Part shown: positions 59,695 through 64,000 of the stretch, in pieces
Numbering within the stretch: the stretch's first letter is position 1
Layout: the number at the start of each line of letters is the position of its first letter
Assembly: GCA_008632985.1 (NCBI GenBank)
Contig: QPGO01000149.1
Location: 1-64,000 of the forward strand
DNA: 64,000 bases
Source of the DNA: Psammoneis japonica
Lineage: Eukaryota
Direction: 5' to 3'
The notes under the pieces: generated by a model
Database searches by the model: none
Seen by the model: only the letters and a program-made list of their open reading frames with translations
What the model was told of the DNA's origin: nothing
Translations under genes and position numbers: made by a program

Positions 59695-59896
59695 TGTGAT
59701 TTGATTGTAGCCATTCTGCTGTTGCAACAATCAAAGGGCTAAGAAAATTGTGTGCCAAAATAGAATGTGAACTTTTAAAGTGCGCAGTTGGTCTCTTGTC
59801 GGAAGTGAGTGCGTCAGCAAAGAATCTAGCTCTTGAATCAAGTTCAAGGACTGGGACAGTTCGCCTGTCTGTCCGTTTGACCCCAGATTCATCACA
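59695..59896 (-). repeat. 5' LTR
   Basis: TGTGAT...ATCACA, followed by GGTGAC. Confidence 0.95.
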
Positions 59897-59969
59897 GGTG
59901 ACTGAAAATTGTTCCAACGCATTCCACGTTTGCGGTCTCGCTCCAGCTGCTGCTAAAGCCTGCATTTAG

Positions 59970-62050
59970 TCAATTGGCGCTTCCAATGAAAGTCAGCAGC
60001 AGCACCAACATCGTCTTTGGATGCTCATCCATCGGGTGTCATTTGTCATTTCGACACGGGAAGTGAGTCGATGGAGCATTGCAGGTGGGTGCATCCGCGA
60101 AGGGCTTGCTCAAGTCTTGCTCAAGTTTTCTTCTTGTGCATCGGTTTCTTCTCACCACAATCAAGTGCATCATTGTTGTTGTCTTGGAGACGATCACATT
60201 TCTCATCCCAAGTGACCATGTCAGTGACCTTCCTGGCTTTTAAAAATGATGATCCCGTTGGCTGGCTGCCGGTCAATCCTCATCAGCTTTGTTGCATTTA
60301 ACCACTGGGTGCTCCCCTTGAGTTTGTCAAAAGGGTGGTCTCTTCAAAGGGAATCTCTGGCATGTGGACAGAAAGAGAATCTAAAAAGAGTTGAGTGACC
60401 ATCAACCTGAGTGTGAGACAGCAACCAAGGCTGAGTCTTTGCCTTTCCTTCGTGATCTGTGTGCATGACAAAGAAGCTCACATCTGTTGAGTGTGGCATG
60501 ACAGAAAAGGCTGAAAGTTGTTGCTGTCATTGCACTGTGTGTGTCATTGACAATTTCTTGAAGAGTTCTCCTCTCCCTCTGCCCTCCTGTGCCTTTTCAA
60601 TCAACTTTCTTTGCAAAAACGCCCGCAAACAACCGAGCAACTGAAGAAAAGCAGAATTGGAGAATGTCTGGTCAACAGAGCAAATGCAAAACCTTCTTGA
60701 ATTCTGTGGGGCTTTCATTTTTGTCTGGGAGATGAGAACTTTGAATCTCACCTGCTGACTTCCATGACAAAGGGCCTGCCATAAATTGGTGTTTCCCACA
60801 TTTTCCTCTTTGCGTTGTTTCTGATGCACTGACAACAAACACATGCGGGGCTTCATTCTTTGACCATTTGGGGTGTCCTGTTTTGCTGCAATGCATGGTG
60901 AGGAGGTTCTTCAAACAAGCAGAGTCCAGCTTTTGAATTTCCACAAGTTGGCTCATCATGCAAAGCAGAGCTGCTGATTGTTGTGAGCAATGGCCATCAT
61001 GTTGGGATTCAACAATTGAGCTAGTGAGAGTTGATGATGCAGTCACCCTCCACTTGTCAGACATGTGCACTCTCATTGGCCTGGATGGAAATGAGTGCAA
61101 TGGGCAGCTCAACCTTGCATTTGCTTCAGGAGGAGCTGATGACCACCCAGGCATTCTTTTGTGGATTTTGTTGTGTGCAACACCTGTTTGGTGAAGTTGA
61201 GTGTGAAAATGCACAGAATTGTCATCACATTTGCAGCATTTTTGTCTCTGTGTGTTTTTGTTGTTTTGCAATGGGGGTCTTTCACGAGTTTCGACCAGTG
61301 CTGCATTTTCATTTTTAAGACTTTCTCTCAGTGAATTTTGCAGCTGAACCATTTTTGCTGTTTGGCTCAAATCTTCTGTGATGTGGATTCGATGAAGGCT
61401 CTGCCCCCTGCACAGTGCATGGAGAGCTGGGATTTTGTGATGTGAATTTGCTGCGGATGTGTCAATGGCGGCTGCCAGGCCAAAATCAACTTTGACCCAG
61501 AGGTGCAAAGCATCCTTTTTTGAAGGCCATCCTTGACATGCAGAAAGTTTGTCACCATTTGGGTGTTGCACCCAGATGGGCTGTACAAAGTGCAACTCTC
61601 TAGCCTTCTTGTTCTGGGTGGAGACATGGGATTGACACGTCCCCAGGTGCACGCCAGATGCTTTTGGGCAGGGGAAAGTCACCCCTGTGCTGTTTTGCCA
61701 CAAGAGTTTCAGATGCTTGGCAAAAGCACCAGACAGGACCCTCTTTTTGATGATTGAAAGCACAAGATGTGGTGGAGGAGACCACTTGTTTGCATGGGAA
61801 TTCTTCCCTGCTCCATTGTTGTGACATCACGTGTCTGACCCACAAAGCACAAAAATGCCCTCCCTGGCCAGGAGGAGCAGCTGTGGTGTGAATGTCTCCT
61901 GTGCACAACAACACAGGATCTCTGTTGGCTCATCCAAGAGCAAAGGCCGTGTCAAACCCAAGAAAAGACAAGATCAAAAAGCACGCGCTGGCAAGTTGTG
62001 ATGGTCAGTTGTGGTTGCTTTGTGGCTGGATCCAATCAGCTGTCACATCC
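59970..62050. mobile_element. Decayed repeat/transposon tract of unassigned class
   Basis: TA- and CG-depleted. The minus ORF 60672..61763 is His/Cys/Gln-rich and nearly Tyr-free. Confidence 0.5.
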
Positions 62051-62353
62051 AACTAAGGACAAGGACATGAAACTTCGGACACCTTGAGGCATCGACTTTT
62101 CTGTTCCATTGTACACTCTCTTTCTTGTTATGTTCCCTTGCTTCAACATCTTCTTTCATCATCGTCTTCTCTGCCGGTAAAAAGAGGTTCAACCATGAAC
62201 ATGAATGAACAGAGCCCCAGTCGTGTTCCATCCGCAATCGGTCGGTCGGTCGGTCGGTCTGATGCAATGCCTAACTACTGTCCGCCGCCATCCGACAATG
62301 AACGGAATCGGCGGGAGGCGACGATACAGTAAGTTCCAAAGTTAGTTGAAACC

Positions 62354-63583
62354 ATGGCCACGAACGATGCGACGCAGAAGGAAGAATTACTTGAGTTCTT
62401 CAGCGGAACTTTCTTCGCATCGACCAGTAGCGTTCTCAAGGTGGCCAGCAAAACGACGTCTCCAGAGCGGTGGACTGACTTGCACCGCACGTCGTCGGCG
62501 GTCAGGGTGAATGTGCGTAGAAAGAACCGAAGCGCCAAGAATTTAGATCCCTACACGGTGACACGCAACGCCATCGAGCAACCCAACGACGGCGTTGCAT
62601 CATCCGGGCTGACGACCACAACAGACAGTGACGACAAGTCAGTATCAGCGAAGCAGGGCATTTGGGGTAGCGACATGTTTGGGCGTAAAAAATTCAACCC
62701 AAAGCTGGCGCAAATAGCTCATATCATTCCCGCCGGGAAGCTCGAACATGAAGAATGGTTTGGTGTTGCTGCTGCGATGATTGGACTGGACGAAAACACT
62801 TCGACAAAGAAAAAGCTCATGGCAATACGAGGAACTAACGAGCTACCCAATACTAGCGAGGAAGGAAAGGAAAAAGGAAAACCTGAACGAGTGCGCAATT
62901 CTGGTATAGTGCATTCTGTAAGCAACAAACTACGCCTTGAAGGTCAGGGGGGTATCGTGGATGGAAGCCAGCCAAGTATGCTCATTATCCCTGCGATGAC
63001 TCTGGATGATGCCAAGGCCTGGTCTGGACAGGGCTACATCGCAGCAGTGTTGATCGGCCTACCAGAATCAGATGGTCCATTGGGCTATCTTCTGGACGAG
63101 GAGATGGAGACTTTGGTGTATGGATCGGTTGGCTTGAAAGACAGGAAACTGTTTGAACAGCTCAAGAATAGAACTGGTGCTATACTAACTGTTCCAAAGG
63201 TTGAAGAGCACATACTGATACAAAAAGCCTGCCAAGCGTTGACATCTACTCTTCTTGGTCTTGCCCAATATGTGTGATCGCTCAAGGATTTGGATTTGTC
63301 TCTACTGGATATCAAGAATCAGAGACTGCTCAAGGAACGTTCGCAGAATATGAAAGAGGTGTTTCATATTCCTGAGCTCAAGGATCGGATCAGTTCGCCT
63401 ATTTTATTCGTCCGCTTTTTCAAAGCCGCCAATGGGTTTTCCTTAATGGCCGGGCAAAAGTTGCTTGCGAACGCTGCGGCACCGGTTCTGTCCGAGCATG
63501 ATGAAGAACTAGAGGAATTAGATTGCCTTGCAGAAACCCACTACCTTGCTGTGATGCCAGGTGAACCACTACATGTCTCATGA
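62354..63583 (+). pseudogene. HNH-type nuclease-like gene with an in-frame stop
   Basis: AQIAHIIP..SNKLRL..D..P.MLIIP resembles HNH_2 domains. ORF 63290 continues in the same frame after the TGA at 63275-77. Confidence 0.5.
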
Positions 63584-64000
63584 CGGCGATGTCCCACACA
63601 ACCAACAAACAAGACGGGATGCCAATCTCAACAACTCGGTGTCGTATGGTACAGTAGCGATACCTCAGAAGAAAAGACAATGCCAGAATATCCATTTTTG
63701 AGGGCTGTCCTTGACATCTAAGGCTGGGTTTGTCGAATCAGTGTTTCTTTCGCTTGAAGCCTTGTCAGTACTTGTTGCGTGAAAAGGGAGTCAAGAAATC
63801 GAACAAAGTGGCCCGATAAAGAGCTAGTTGTTCTTCTGCACGATGAAGGTTCCGGCCTTCCGGGACCACCCATAAATGCCGAAGAAACAAGTAGTCATCC
63901 CGAGAACTCTGAAGGATCGTTTTGTTGAATCGGCCAAAATTAGGGAGTAGAGCCTTTCCTTAGTCATTTGCCGCTTCTATTTCACGTCAGTAGCAACACT

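Larger units (their letters stand above)
53875..59896 (-). mobile_element. Full-length Ty1/Copia (CoDi-like) LTR retrotransposon, mutationally inactivated
   Basis: Two 202-bp TG..CA LTRs flanked by GGTGAC on both sides. Domain order gag-PR-IN-RT-RH. PPT lies next to the 3' LTR. Confidence 0.96.

Noticed and set aside
59672..59696. tRNA gene
   Set aside because: Only the first ~25 nt are tRNA-like, with no anticodon or T arm. It is interpreted as a PBS.

Overview
This is eukaryotic nuclear DNA, almost certainly from a diatom: short GT-AG introns, ASAFAP-type bipartite plastid presequences, a lycopene beta-cyclase and a CoDi-like Copia element. Gene islands alternate with transposon-derived tracts. 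The islands hold a NOX/ferric-reductase gene, MCM8, a three-member BRCT-like/J-domain/OTU-like family, MAPEG, a GT-A glycosyltransferase, an MDR oxidoreductase, LCYB, a ~3,100-aa plastid-targeted repeat protein and a T4-Rnl1-like RNA ligase. The most striking signal is a repeat-restricted, directional TpA->CpA/TpG mutation pattern, the reverse of fungal RIP. It is visible between the two LTRs of a full-length Copia element (8 of 9 differences) and is polarised by Tyr->His/Cys changes in conserved Pol motifs. Older tracts have lost both TpA and CpG. The Copia element also shows a 6-bp TSD, a PBS resembling the 5' ~23 nt of tRNA-iMet and an in-frame UGA between gag and pol. Several host genes carry single-base frameshifts, most likely assembly errors. 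All assignments come from motif recognition by eye; no searches were run.
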